Made by a program: the position numbers and the translations under genes. Source: Octopus sinensis (Eukaryota). Taken from it: 64,000 nucleotides of DNA. Of the stretch, positions 1 through 12,312 are shown in pieces; position 1 is the stretch's first letter; every line of letters starts with the position of its first letter. The DNA lies in NCBI RefSeq assembly GCF_006345805.1, contig NC_043012.1, positions 31,310,001 to 31,374,000 on the forward strand. The letters are read 5' to 3'. The notes beneath the pieces are model-generated. The model had not been told where the DNA came from. It saw only the letters and a list, made by a program, of their open reading frames with translations, and did not search any database.

Positions 1-39
1 TATACTACATGGCTTACTGTGTTTCATGTTTATCTTTAA

Positions 40-375
40 CTTGTTTTAGTCATTAGTCTGCGGCCATGCTGGGGCACCACCTTGAAGAATTTTAGTCGAA
101 TGAATCTACTCCAGGACTTATTTTTTTAAAGCCTGTTATTTATTCTATGGATCTCTTTTGCCGAACTGCTAAATTACAGGGACATAAACACACCAATACC
201 GGTTGTCATGCGATGATGGGGTCAAAAACAGAAACACACATACATACATACACATAGGTGGGTTTCTTTTAGTTTCCATCTACTATATCCACCCACAAGG
301 ATTTGGTCGGCTATAGTAGAAAACACCCAACCAAGGTGCCACGCAGTGGGACTGAACCTGTGGTTGGGAAGTAAT
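40..375 (-). mobile_element. SINE family A (tRNA head, CORE-like segment, internal CA/TA microsatellite), degenerate copy
   Basis: Reverse complement of the full copy at 48554-48968 (caaggtgccacgcagtgggactgaacc; gcggccatgctggggcacc). Confidence 0.85.
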
Positions 376-594
376 TTCGCAAAATTATTTAAAGCCTAAA
401 GAGGCGAGAAAGAAAGGAAACAACGAATCTACTATTGTCGCTGTTACCTTGAATATAAAATGTATAAAGAGAATGATCTGAAATAGAAAAAACAAACAGC
501 AATCTTACAAAAAAAACCTCGAGTCTGTATTACTAGTACAAAGACAATAATAAGAATTTTCTTTAATATTTAGTAGAATATTAAGGAGGGCGTT

Positions 595-757
595 GAGTCG
601 ATACCGTTGACCCTTGTATTTGAGAGGTACTTTTAGTTTTCGAACCTGAAAGGCGGAAAGGCCTCCATGAAATTTGAACTCAGAACATAAAACCGAAAGT
701 AATACTGCCGGGCATTATGTTCGACGTGCACACGATTCTGTCAGTCCACTGCCTTCA
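595..757 (-). mobile_element. SINE family B, degenerate fragment
   Basis: gaaatttgaactcagaac (reverse B box) and surrounding similarity to 7224-7454. Confidence 0.65.
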
Positions 758-760
758 ATG

Positions 761-830
<70 letters not shown>

Positions 831-1060
831 CAGCAACAGTAACAAGAACAAGAACAAGGATAAAAAGAAAAAATGAAGCGAAGGCGGAGGAGGAAGTGGA
901 GGAGGGGGAGAAGGTGGTGTCGGCGGTGGTGGTGGTAGTGGTAAGTGGTGATTTGTGATTGGTGATTGGTGATGGTGGTGGTGACTGGTGGTGATTGGTG
1001 GTGGTGATGGTGATTGGTAGTGGTGGTGGTGGTGGTAATAATGATGACTATGATGACAAT
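757..1060. repeat. Compound trinucleotide microsatellite (AAT)n/(AAC)n/(GGA)n/(GGT)n
   Basis: Directly visible; explains the poly-I, poly-H and poly-V ORFs. Confidence 0.95.
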
Positions 1061-1574
1061 GGTGCTGATGGTGTTTTGTGCGCCAAAGATGATGTTGACA
1101 TTTTCGCGACCATATGTGTCTGTGATCGGTCTGCAAATGCCACGATATTTCACATTTATATGGACGCTAAAAAATATATCTATTATATCATTATCTTGCT
1201 TTCCTCCCATCTGATTTCATTAAATTCACACAGAGAATAATAAATAATGTCACAGATCAAGAGTGATGGGGTGACGTATCGTAATGGTTGAACAAATAAT
1301 GTATTGGCCTCTTCAATAAACAGCCGTGAGATTGTATCCTATGAGTGTCACTGATCTCTCTCCATCTACAACTTCTTTTCTTGGTTAAAATAATCTGAGC
1401 TGAATCACTGCTCAGATATATGTATTTTTTCATTGGTTTATTCTTGGAGAAGTCGCAGTATCTATGGACTACACATGTCTTTGGAGAGATTAATGTTGTT
1501 CTCAACGCTGCCAAACCGACAGCTACAGGGAAAAGCATTTACTTAATACAGTTCTATATTTAAGAGATGAGGAA

Positions 1575-1735
1575 TTATGTACATTATTTACATTATTTAC
1601 ATTTGACGGATATTTTCCCTCATCTTGGTTGTTGTTAACACAACGCTTCGGCTGATATACCCTCCAGGCTCCATCAGGTGTCTTGGAGAAATTTCGAACC
1701 TGGGTTCTCATTCCTAACGTATTTTCCGATGTTGT
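1575..1735 (-). mobile_element. PLE-type terminal repeat family P1, copy with mutated hammerhead core (1637-1682)
   Basis: Inverted copy of 1948-2075; the core reads CTGATGGA...GAAG instead of CTGATGAA...GAAA. Confidence 0.7.
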
Positions 1736-1743
1736 TGTTGTTG

Positions 1744-1801
<58 letters not shown>

Positions 1802-1871
1802 CATTATTATTCAGGTCATTGCCTGGAATCGAACTCGAGTTTGATTTCAGGCAGTAACCTGAATAATTATA

Positions 1872-1911
<40 letters not shown>

Positions 1912-1948
1912 GGATGATGATGATGATAAGGAGGAGGAGGAGGAGGAT
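1730..1948. repeat. (GTT)n/(ATT)n and (GAT)n/(GAG)n microsatellites between the two P1 copies
   Basis: Directly visible. Confidence 0.95.
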
Positions 1949-1999
1949 AACATCGAAAAATATCTTAGGAACGAGAACCTACGTTCGAAATTTCCCCAA

Positions 2000-2045
2000 G
2001 ACACCTGATGAAGGCTGGAGGGTATATCAGCCGAAACGTTGTGTT
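2000..2045 (+). ncRNA. Minimal type I hammerhead ribozyme variant in repeat P1 (1948-2075)
   Basis: GACAC-CUGAUGA-A-GGCUG(GAGGGUAUAU)CAGCC-GAAA-CGU-U-GUGUU: stem I GACAC/GUGUU, 5-bp stem II, palindromic ACGU stem III. Confidence 0.7.
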
Positions 2046-2271
2046 AACAACAAGCAAGTTGTAAATAATGTAAATAAAGCATTTACTTGTAGAAATTTGC
2101 AGACGGCCACCCTCTGAGAGAGAAAGAATTAGGTGGACTGCTAGTGTGGAACTTATTGAGTGAATTCTATACGATTCACGAGAGCAAAAAGAACTAATAT
2201 GTCAGGAATACCTGGGTAATAGTTGCATGAGATCAATCAATTCCACGATGCAAAAGTTTTTGTAGTAGCGG

Positions 2272-2560
2272 TTAAAATACTAGAAAGAGAAGACATGTCA
2301 GCAGTAAAAGGCTGGGGTTCGTTGATGAACTTAGAGTACAAGTGTCCGAAAGGCAACAGAAGATGATAGCGTAAAAGTCGTTGAGATTTCTTGACCTGAA
2401 CAGTGAATCTGTATTCACTGTCCAGGTGAAGAAACCTCTACGAGTCCAGGCACCTGATCGGCCTCTGTACTGGAGATAACTCTGCAGTACTGACCTGGGA
2501 AAGTTGTCCTTCCTGTTGTAGATGACCTCATTGAAGTCTGGGGCAAAGAGGAGAAACAAT
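2272..2560 (-). pseudogene. Degenerate coding remnant, possibly an L1/Tx1-type APE endonuclease C-terminal half
   Basis: Motif order DFNEV...GAW...FTW...RSRNLNDF...LSD resembles GDFN/DAW/FTW/SRLD/SDH, but the spacing is imperfect. Confidence 0.3.
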
Positions 2561-3244
2561 CTTGCAAACAGTATTGAGCAACTTCATGCATTTTCAGTCA
2601 CAATTTGACTGAAAATGGGAGAAGGACAAGACAAGTCGAGACACGACAAGGTCCTTGCACAAATTACAGATGGAGAGTTAAGGTCAATAAGCAACAGGGT
2701 TCACCAACCAAAGTATTTAAATTCTTAAGGAAAGATGATACTACTCCTAAGGCAGGGGCATCAACTCATTGTGTAGAAAATGCCAGTGGGCTTGAAGAAA
2801 ATATTAAAATTTCTGGAAAATGTGACAACATCATCGCTGCAACCATCAAGGTACCCGAATTCACAGCGTCCAAGGAAGACAGGCTTGACATTCTTGCCAA
2901 CTGGAGAAAGATAAACATCAAGACTTGATTTCTGGGGCAATTGTCAAAGAATTATATGCAAGTCCCCATGGAAGTCGCCAGTTTTAGTTACCTAGCATGA
3001 TCAGTGCCCTATTCCTTACAGAAGATCGAAAGATGTGGCACTGAGGTGCCGGTATCATGCCGACATCCTGTTGGAGCACGTTGGCCTAAAAATAAAGTAC
3101 GTGACCTGTACTGACCAGCATCTACAAGCCATCCTGAATTTATCTCAACTCCCTTGCTTTTCTCCTATCGACTAATGAAAGGGATACATCTTGTGCGCAT
3201 GGGAATCTTTAAGTCATATGGAGCTCTGTCAAACGTATCAAATA

Positions 3245-3312
3245 AACATACATACAGACAGACAGACAAATAGATAGAAAGATAGATAAATATAAACAGA
3301 TTAATGGTTCGG

Positions 3313-3385
<73 letters not shown>

Positions 3386-3437
3386 ATATATATATATACA
3401 TATGTATGTATATATATATGTATATATATATATATAC

Positions 3438-3468
<31 letters not shown>

Positions 3469-3505
3469 TGTATGTATGTATGTATGTATGTATGCATGTA
3501 TGATA
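3245..3505. repeat. Compound (CATA)(GACA)(GATA)(CA)(TA)(TATG) microsatellite
   Basis: Directly visible. Confidence 0.95.
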
Positions 3506-3688
3506 AGGGATAAGGGACCACATTGTTGTAAAATTCTTCACAAGAAAGTTGTTAGTATTTAAACCTAGATAACTAAGTTATAGAAACAATAATTAAAAAC
3601 AACTGTTTTTTATAAATTTGTTTATATTTTGCTTTACATTTCATTATATAAACAACTAAATAAGCATCGTAAGATTACTACACATGAA

Positions 3689-3919
3689 GGCGGCAAGCTG
3701 GCAGAAACGTTAGAACGCCGGGAGAAATGTTTAGCAATATTTCGTCTGCCGCTACGGTCTGAATTCAAATTCCGGCGAGGTCGACTTTGCCTTTCATCCT
3801 TTCGGGGTCGATAAATTAAGTACCAGTTACGCACTGGGGTCAATGTAATTGACTTAATCCCTTTGTCTGTCCTTGTTTGTCCCTTCTATGTTTAGCCCCT
3901 TGTGGGTAATAAAGAAATA
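3689..3919 (+). mobile_element. SINE family B, full length (about 230 bp)
   Basis: ggcggcaagctggcagaaac head, B-box-like gaattcaaattcc, body gaggtcgactttgcctttcatcctttcggggtcgataaa, tail ...gtgggtaataaagaaata. Confidence 0.9.
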
Positions 3920-3920
3920 A

Positions 3921-4080
3921 GTATTTCGTCTGTCTTTACGTTCTGAGTTCAAATTCCGTTGAGGTTGACTTCGCCTTTCAGGGTCGATAAAAATAAGTAC
4001 CAGTTTCGCACTGGGGTCGACGTAATCGACTTATCTCCTTCCCCCAACTTGCTGGCCTTGTGCTAAGATTTGAAACCAGT
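3921..4080 (+). mobile_element. SINE family B2 (same body, alternative tail), 5'-truncated
   Basis: B body followed by tail ctggccttgtgctaagatttgaaacca. Confidence 0.8.
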
Positions 4081-4477
4081 ATTACTACACATTTACCCTA
4101 TAAACATTAATTTAGTGCCTTCAAGTGTATGTTAACCCTTTGAATCGGCGAGTACACTTTAGCGATCAGGAATTCGTTTGACTATATCCCTGAAAAACGC
4201 AGAAGCGGGCGGTTGTAATCTTTGGTGTTTTCAGCTCGCTAATCGGTAAAAACATGGTTTTCAGCCGTAAGTGTAAAACAGTATGGCTGCCCATTTTCCC
4301 GTCTTCTCGGGCTATAGTCAAAGAGATCATGTCCACTAAAGCGTGCTAACGGGTTTAGACTTACCTTCTGTCTTTGAAAAAAAAAAAAAACCCTTTCATC
4401 AGACCGAAATAAATTATTTTCTTACTTAGTACTACTACTCAGCTGACAATAATATGTTGTACCTGTAATTTAATGGG

Positions 4478-4590
4478 TCAACCATGTCGCATTCTGTGTC
4501 ACGTTGAATCTCCCTGAAAACTACATTAAGAGTGCGCATGTCTGTGGAGAGCTCGGTCACTTGCTCATTAAGTTCACGAAGGATTGATGA
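4478..4590 (+). mobile_element. SINE family C' 3' tail fragment
   Basis: ttctgtgtcacgttgaatctccctgaaaactac...gtctgtggag matches 53161-53260. Confidence 0.75.
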
Positions 4591-4635
4591 ATTACTTCAT
4601 CTTCCACCTGAAAAGGAAAATAGGGCTGGAGAGAA

Positions 4636-4742
4636 AAATTAAGTACCAATTTCGCATTGGGTCGATGTAATCGACTTAGTCCCTTTGTCTATCCTTGTTT
4701 GTCCCCTCTGTGTTTAGCCCCTTGTGGGTAGTAAAAAAATAT
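4636..4742 (+). mobile_element. SINE family B 3' fragment
   Basis: aaattaagtacc...ttagccccttgtgggtagtaaa. Confidence 0.8.
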
Positions 4743-6169
4743 ATAATCAACGGGTGATGAAGAAAATGAAAGCTACATTAACTGTAACTATTTTATGTGT
4801 TATAATGTTTTGGTGCCATATGATTGGGAGTTCGAATTTAATCGCAGTTAAATGTTCCGTTTATTTTGAAGAATTTGTATTTTATTTCTACTACAGAACT
4901 TTTGTGAAACGTAAAAACAGCAGCTCCAATTGATAATCTCTTTCAAATTAGAAAATGTCATCCTTTATGCTTCTTAATTCTAAGTAATTAAATTCACTAA
5001 ACTATCCAATGTATTTCTTAAAAATCCAATATCTCTCCCCATTCAATTACTTCTCTCTAATACGTGATTTCACTCCTTTATTCTCAGTGCATGACATATC
5101 CATTGATACAAGTGAAGCGCCATTGGCTCTTTATCTTTTCATCATGCACTCCTCTTATAGCCTCGGAGCACGTCACTCTTATATTTTTTCTTCTTTATAT
5201 ACATCTGACAAGTTTGCTATAGCCCTGGCTCTAAATGTTGTATGCGATATACAGCAGCATGTCATTACTTGCTTAGCACGTAGTAAGGTTATCTTAATGA
5301 TTCCATTCGGAGATACATTTCCTCTGTATTAAGCCCCAGTCACCAAGTACATTGCCGCAAAACCAAGTTGTGCTATTTATAACTTTAGTAGATCCTTTTA
5401 TTCAATAATTTCTCATGCGTCAAACTTTTCATTGGTTCTCACGTTAATCGAAATATTCAATGCTATTTTATCGTCGTTCAACTTTTACTCAAGATCCACA
5501 AACCATGATTGGTGGTTCGCATCCAATCTGATGTTACTATTTCCTTTTAGCTTGAACATTCTCAGTGAACTGAAGACTCATTTCCAGTGCACAAAGTATA
5601 CATCAAGAAATAACATTTGTAGTCGATAAAGAGATCAAAGAAGAGAGAAACAATCATAGCTTTCTCGATGTTATTAGTTACGTTAATAAAATGAAAGAAC
5701 CCCTGTTACGAATTGGAATCGTATCACGGAATCAATTCGCGAAATGGTACTTCTTACTCTACAGCACATACCATTCTTTCAATTAATACTTTCTACTGTG
5801 GATGCTCAATACAAATTTCACTGCTCTCAGTCAAACATGCTGCTACTTATACAAGTTCGGCTAGTCCATTCTCAGAGGGGGTGTCATGATTCTCGCCATT
5901 ATAGATAGTCAGGGTGGACCTTATTCCATTATTACAATCCAATATGGGGCCACAGTTACTGATGTATGTTAGTGAACATACATATTAGCATTGGGAATTA
6001 TGAGAATATTTGCAGAGGTATTGTATAAAAAAACTGGAAAGTGGAACTCTTTTGGTATTATACATATACATACATGTACACACAAACAAACACATACACA
6101 AATATATGTACAAATATATGGTTGTGTAGTATCAGTGTAATCCGAGTTTGATAGATGTCGTGGTATATA

Positions 6170-6688
<519 letters not shown>

Positions 6689-7223
6689 ACTGATTTAATA
6701 AGATAATAATTCAGCACATTGCGGCTGAATTATGTTTCCTGCAACTGGCTTTCAACAATCTAATAATCTCGATCTACTTTGTAACTTATATCAGGACACA
6801 ACAACACCAAGGTTTTATATTCTGTTGAGAAAACTATATGTGACATACATAAATGTGGATGACAAGACACATTCACTCTAATTATTAAGAAACCAAACAC
6901 AATGACAATTTCTTTCTTTCCATTTGATATAACACCGCAGGTAGAAAAGTACCTGTATTGTGTCAAAGCTAGTTCTAATTACAACGACACCTATCAAACT
7001 CGGATTATACTGATACTACATAACCAAATTTGCTATGTCTTAGTTTATCACGGTGTGAAGAAGAGACAGTGTTCTATTGTTCTATTGTTCTCTTGGTACT
7101 TTTCTTTGAAATACACTACTGATATATACAAAAATGAGTGTAACACATTCATGGCCATGGCCCATGTAATTTACATAAATGAAATGAAAGGAAAATGAGC
7201 TGAGATACATAACTCTTAATTAA

Positions 7224-7454
7224 GGCGGCGAGCTGGCAGAACCGTTTGCACGCCGGGCGAAATGCGTAGCCGTTTTTCGTCTGCCGTTACGTTCTGAGTT
7301 CAAATTCCGCCGAGGTCGACTTTGCCTTTCATCCTTTCGGGGGTCGATAAATTAAGTACCAGTTACGCACTGGGGTCGATGTAATCGGCTTAATGCGTTT
7401 GTCTGTCCTTGTTTGTCTCCTCTATGTTTAGCTCCTTGTGGGTAATAAAGAAAC
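7224..7454 (+). mobile_element. SINE family B, full length with target-site duplication
   Basis: 18-bp TSD agatacataactcttaat (7203-7220) and agatacctaactctcaat (7455-7472), 2 mismatches. Confidence 0.92.
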
Positions 7455-8214
7455 AGATACCTAACTCTCAATGGTCGATGGCACATGCTTGAACAACAAA
7501 GACGTATAAAAATGTATTAGATATTATATATGACAAATACTTGATTTATTGAAAATATTTATGCTTCTATAGAACGCAGAACAAGGCTATGTAACAGTTG
7601 TATATTCCTCAATGGTATTAAGCTACGTTAGTGAAGTAAAATAGCTCCAGTTACGAACTAGAATCGTGCTGCGGAGTCACCTCGCTTTATTGGTACAGCT
7701 TACTCTGCTGCGCATACAATTCTTTGAATAATTACTTTCTTCTGTGAATACTCAGTACAAAATATCGTACAGGAATTGTGGCAATTGGGACTAACTCCAA
7801 ATGAGGAGGGGAGGTAAAATATGTATGTGCCTAAGTATATGTCAAAGTATATACCTAAATATTACATTCTCCTAGAGACAAGATAGGGCAACAGTTATGC
7901 TGACGACATCTATTGAGGCAGAAATATGCTTTTACAGCAACCCTCTTGTCTCCGGACAATCAGAATTTTGGTTAACGACATATCAATTTTAAAAATTCTT
8001 ACTTCTTGTGATTATCTCTCCTTCATACACGCGCACACCTCCCACACATATTAGCAAGAGGCCCTAAGGCAATCTCATTCCGTTTCATAGTTTATTATGG
8101 GGCAATACCAAACTTAAATCATGAAAGGGTTGGCTGTGAGCGAAAGTGTAGGGCAGAAAACACTCGTTAGGTGTATATTTTTATGCACCACATATAATTT
8201 GTGTGTTTGTGCTA

Positions 8215-8215
<1 letters not shown>

Positions 8216-8258
<43 letters not shown>

Positions 8259-8345
8259 TGTGTGTGTAGAGAGAGTAGAGAGAGATAAAGTGGAGAGAGA
8301 AAGGGGAAAGAGAGAGAGATTGTGTGAGAAAGAAATTGTGAGAGA
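8216..8345. repeat. (GA)n microsatellite
   Basis: Directly visible. Confidence 0.95.
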
Positions 8346-8467
8346 CAGAGACCCTGTTTTAGTCTTTCTGTGTCGGTGTATCTGATCTGGTGTATGTACG
8401 TATGGGGGCAAGGTCGAATTAAATTAAGCTGGCGTGTGTGGCATATATATGTCCCCTTACGGCAGGG

Positions 8468-8512
<45 letters not shown>

Positions 8513-8520
8513 ATATGTAT

Positions 8521-8738
8521 TGTGTGTGTGTGGTGTGTATGTTTGTGCGTCTGTGTTGTGTCCCCACAATCGCTTGACTACTGATACTGGTGTGTTTACG
8601 TACCCGTAACTTAGCAGTTCGGCAAAGAACCCAATAGAATAGTACTAGGCTTACAAAGAAAGTTCTAGTGCGATTTGTTCGACTTAAGGCGGTGCTCCAG
8701 CATGCCATAGTCAAATGACTGAAACAAATAAAAGAACA
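8521..8738 (+). mobile_element. SINE family A 3' half
   Basis: ggtgtgtttacgtacccgtaacttagcagttcggc...aaggcggtgctccagcatg...gactgaaacaaataaaag. Confidence 0.85.
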
Positions 8739-8779
8739 CAATAATAAAACAATATATATATATATATTATATATATAAT

Positions 8780-9121
8780 ATATCAACAATTGAGGGTAAA
8801 ATTAATTAGTTATTAATCAATTTCACCAAGTATTCAGTATGTAAAAGGACATTTAAGGCGAATTCAAAATTTACATTATATAATTAGGGCTTAGTAAAAT
8901 AAATTACTTTGCCACATACTGAACTTGCTAGAAATAGCAGCCAAAAAAACTTTTTTTGGCTGCTATTTCTAGCAAGTTCAGTATGTGGCAAGTAATTTAT
9001 TTTACTAAGCCCTAATTATATAATGTAATATTTTGAATTCGCCTTAAATGGTCCTTTTACATACTGAATACTTGGTGAAATTGATTAATAACTAATTAAT
9101 TTTACCCTCAATTGTTGATAT
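8780..9121. repeat. Near-perfect 342-bp palindrome made from repeat family E
   Basis: Arms 8780-8949 and 8951-9121 are reverse complements apart from 3 single-base indels; centre A7-C-T7. Confidence 0.95.
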
Positions 9122-9590
9122 TATAATTCATTTCTCTCTGTCATATTGCCTCGGTTCTCACCGTTAAAATATAATGTTTGCTAGATAACCCACGTGGGTG
9201 GAAGGGGAGAGCAGTGAATCTTCGCTTGCACATTTTGAATTGTTGGTACTGGCAGTCTGAACGGGTCATCTGAGGTGATAAGTCGCCAAAGGGTATGTTC
9301 TTTCTTTTTAGTGCTTCCAAATCCAAAATAAGAAATGTTGAGCTGACGAAAGAAATGCTGAGTTTATTTGGCTAATCTAGAAACGTTAACGTTCTCAAAT
9401 AATCTTTGTACTTGTGATATTTTTCTGTTTTTACCTCGATACCTTCGTGAGTTGTTTTGAGTAAACATTATCTGAGAGAAATTTTCTTTAAGTAGTGGAA
9501 ATGGCAAAAAAACTTTTTTTTGGCTGCTATTTCTAGCAAGTTCAGTATGTGGCAAAGTAATTTATTTTACTAAGCCCTAATTATATAATA
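9122..9590 (-). mobile_element. Repeat family E, probably PLE terminal repeat plus ORF start
   Basis: Shares sequence with 8875-8950 and 54643-54830; abuts (TA)n; the minus frame ALKRKNIPFGDLSPQMT is weakly like PLE N-terminal regions (inference). Confidence 0.5.
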
Positions 9591-9862
9591 TATTTATATA
9601 TATATATAATATATATATATATACACTTCGAGGAGGAACAGCTTCATAAGAATTAATTTGCCCCAACTTAGACCTACTCAAGGCCGTGGTACTAGAAACC
9701 AGAGAAACCAATCCCATCTAAAACGGACAGCAGGTGGACATCCGAATGATGTTGATCGATACTCGTAGAGTGTCAGGAGTTAACACTTGTCTAAAGAGGG
9801 TTTCTCTTCTGAGTTTCTTTCCACTTATATATACGCGCACACACATATGTGTGTGTGTGTGC

Positions 9863-9915
<53 letters not shown>

Positions 9916-10216
9916 CGTGTGCACGTATATATTAGATATACGCCGATACATATACATATACATATCTATGTATGCATTAGATATGGTTTCTCCTCTGAGT
10001 TTCTTTCCACCTATATATACACACGCACACATACATATGTATATATATATATATATATATATCGTGACGTATTTTTGCCATTTCAATATGGCTAACCCCT
10101 AAGGGTGGATGCTACTATAGTTTTTAGCCCCAGGAGGACACACTCCTCCAGCTGGCCATAGACACACTTTCTGTGTCCTGTCAGTATTTGCAAAGGGAAG
10201 TCATCCTTCCCGTCTT

Positions 10217-10286
10217 CAACTTATGATACACACGGACTCGAGTTTCGAGGTATTGACCTCTCGTCAGCGTGTGACAATCATAGTTG
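10217..10286 (-). ncRNA. Canonical type I hammerhead ribozyme, copy 1
   Basis: CAAC-UAUGA-UUGU-CACACG-CUGACGA-GAGG(UCAAUA)CCUC-GAAA-CUCGAG-UC^CGUGUG-UA-UCAUA-A-GUUG; all core nucleotides conserved; predicted cleavage between 10235 and 10234. Confidence 0.92.
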
Positions 10287-10569
10287 TCGGCGAGAATTAG
10301 ATTTCCTTCACAAATACTTATACTTTTTCCAGCGTCCACTGTCGCTGATATTGAAAAAGTGAAATCAAACAATGATAAATATCAAAGTGAGTTATATACA
10401 GTAGCGTTAACACATCGTGACGTATTTTTGCCATTTCAATATGGCTAACCCCTAAGGGTGGATGCTACTGTAGTTTTTAGCCCCAGGAGGACACACTCCT
10501 CCAGCTGGCCATAGACACACTTTCTGTGTCCTGTCAGTATTTGCAAAGGGAAGTCATCCTTCCCGTCTT

Positions 10570-10639
10570 CAACTTATGATACACACGGACTCGAGTTTCG
10601 AGGTATTGACCTCTCGTCAGCGTGTGACAATCATAGTTG
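10570..10639 (-). ncRNA. Canonical type I hammerhead ribozyme, copy 2
   Basis: Identical to copy 1, offset by 353 bp; predicted cleavage between 10588 and 10587. Confidence 0.92.
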
Positions 10640-11859
10640 TCGGCGAGAATTAGATTTCCTTCACATACACATATGTATGTGTGCGTGTGTGTATATATGT
10701 ATCAGCGTATATCTAATATATACGTGTGTATATACGTACACACATATACATACCTAATAAATACATGTATGTGTACCTATATATATGCACAAATATATCT
10801 ATGTGTACACAGGCATATAAATACATATGTATATTTATATATAATTATTAGATATACGCTGATACATTTACATATCTAATGCATGCATAAATGTGTGTGT
10901 ACCTATATATATATATATATGTACAAATATATCTATGTGTACGTATATACACAGGCTTGATTAAATAACATTAAATCTATGGCTGGCTGTCATATCCAGC
11001 TTTTTCGTCCCATTGTTTTAATGATTTTTATTTTATTTATCTATTGTGGGGACGTCATATTAGTCCGTCTCCGCCTCCATCTTTTCATTATTACAATCAG
11101 TATTTGACTACCATCAGCAGTACCACCACCACCAATAACCGCATCAATAGTATTGCTCATAAAGCTGCCGCCTTATCTACTATAATAGTAAGTTTGTTAA
11201 AGTAGTGGAGGTGCACACTCCGAGACTCTCACTCCAACACTCTCTTTTGTGTCTCTATCTCACTTATTCTCTCTTTCGCTTTGTCTTTTATATATTTCTT
11301 CTGCTCAAACAATATTTGAATTTATCAACACAGATTTCCTATAGTTATTACATCAATAAACACGTCACTAAGACCCGGCCCTTTAACATAATTTTAGCAA
11401 AACATAGCACTATCACGTATTCTTTCAACGAAACAAGCATAGTTGTGTATCCAATTTTCTTTCAAACTAGGGATCCTGTTAGAACAAATCTCTTTAAAGC
11501 ATTTCGAATAATCACGACAAAGACGGTATTGACAAAAGAAAGAAAATATTCTTAAACTAGAAGCAACAATAACGACCACAGCAACAATAGTAAAAGAAAA
11601 ACCATAACTGCAACATCATGACAGTTATAATATTAAGTATAGTGGCGACGACGACAACGACGACAACAACAACAACAACTGTAGCAACAGTTGTAGAGAA
11701 GAGAATTTCATCGTGCGAAGACTCGTCGTTAAATATTTACGGAACAAGGAACAAATATGTTATTATATTTACACGCAGAAACTATTCCGCTACATGAACA
11801 CACAGACACGCACACACATACACGCACGCATGCACACACGCACACACACAGATGATAGC

Positions 11860-12312
<453 letters not shown>

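Larger units (their letters stand above)
10061..10665 (-). mobile_element. Retrozyme-like element: 353-bp unit, 1.7 head-to-tail copies, one hammerhead per copy
   Basis: 10061-10312 is repeated at 10414-10665 with one substitution seen; each copy contains a canonical HHR; flanked by TA/CA microsatellite. Confidence 0.8.

Noticed and set aside
2530-2560. LLFAPD resembling a nuclear receptor ligand-binding motif
   Set aside because: Six-residue match only; the surrounding sequence does not fit
4335-4410. Minus-strand microexon (T14-caaag/acagaag/gtaagt)
   Set aside because: It overlaps a degenerate copy of the hammerhead-type repeat seen at 60176-60223, so the splice-like signal is probably coincidental
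9338-9400. CTGACGA...GAAACGTT as a hammerhead (also CTGANGA hits at 20311, 22885, 38418, 62680)
   Set aside because: Stem II or stem I cannot be formed with the required geometry
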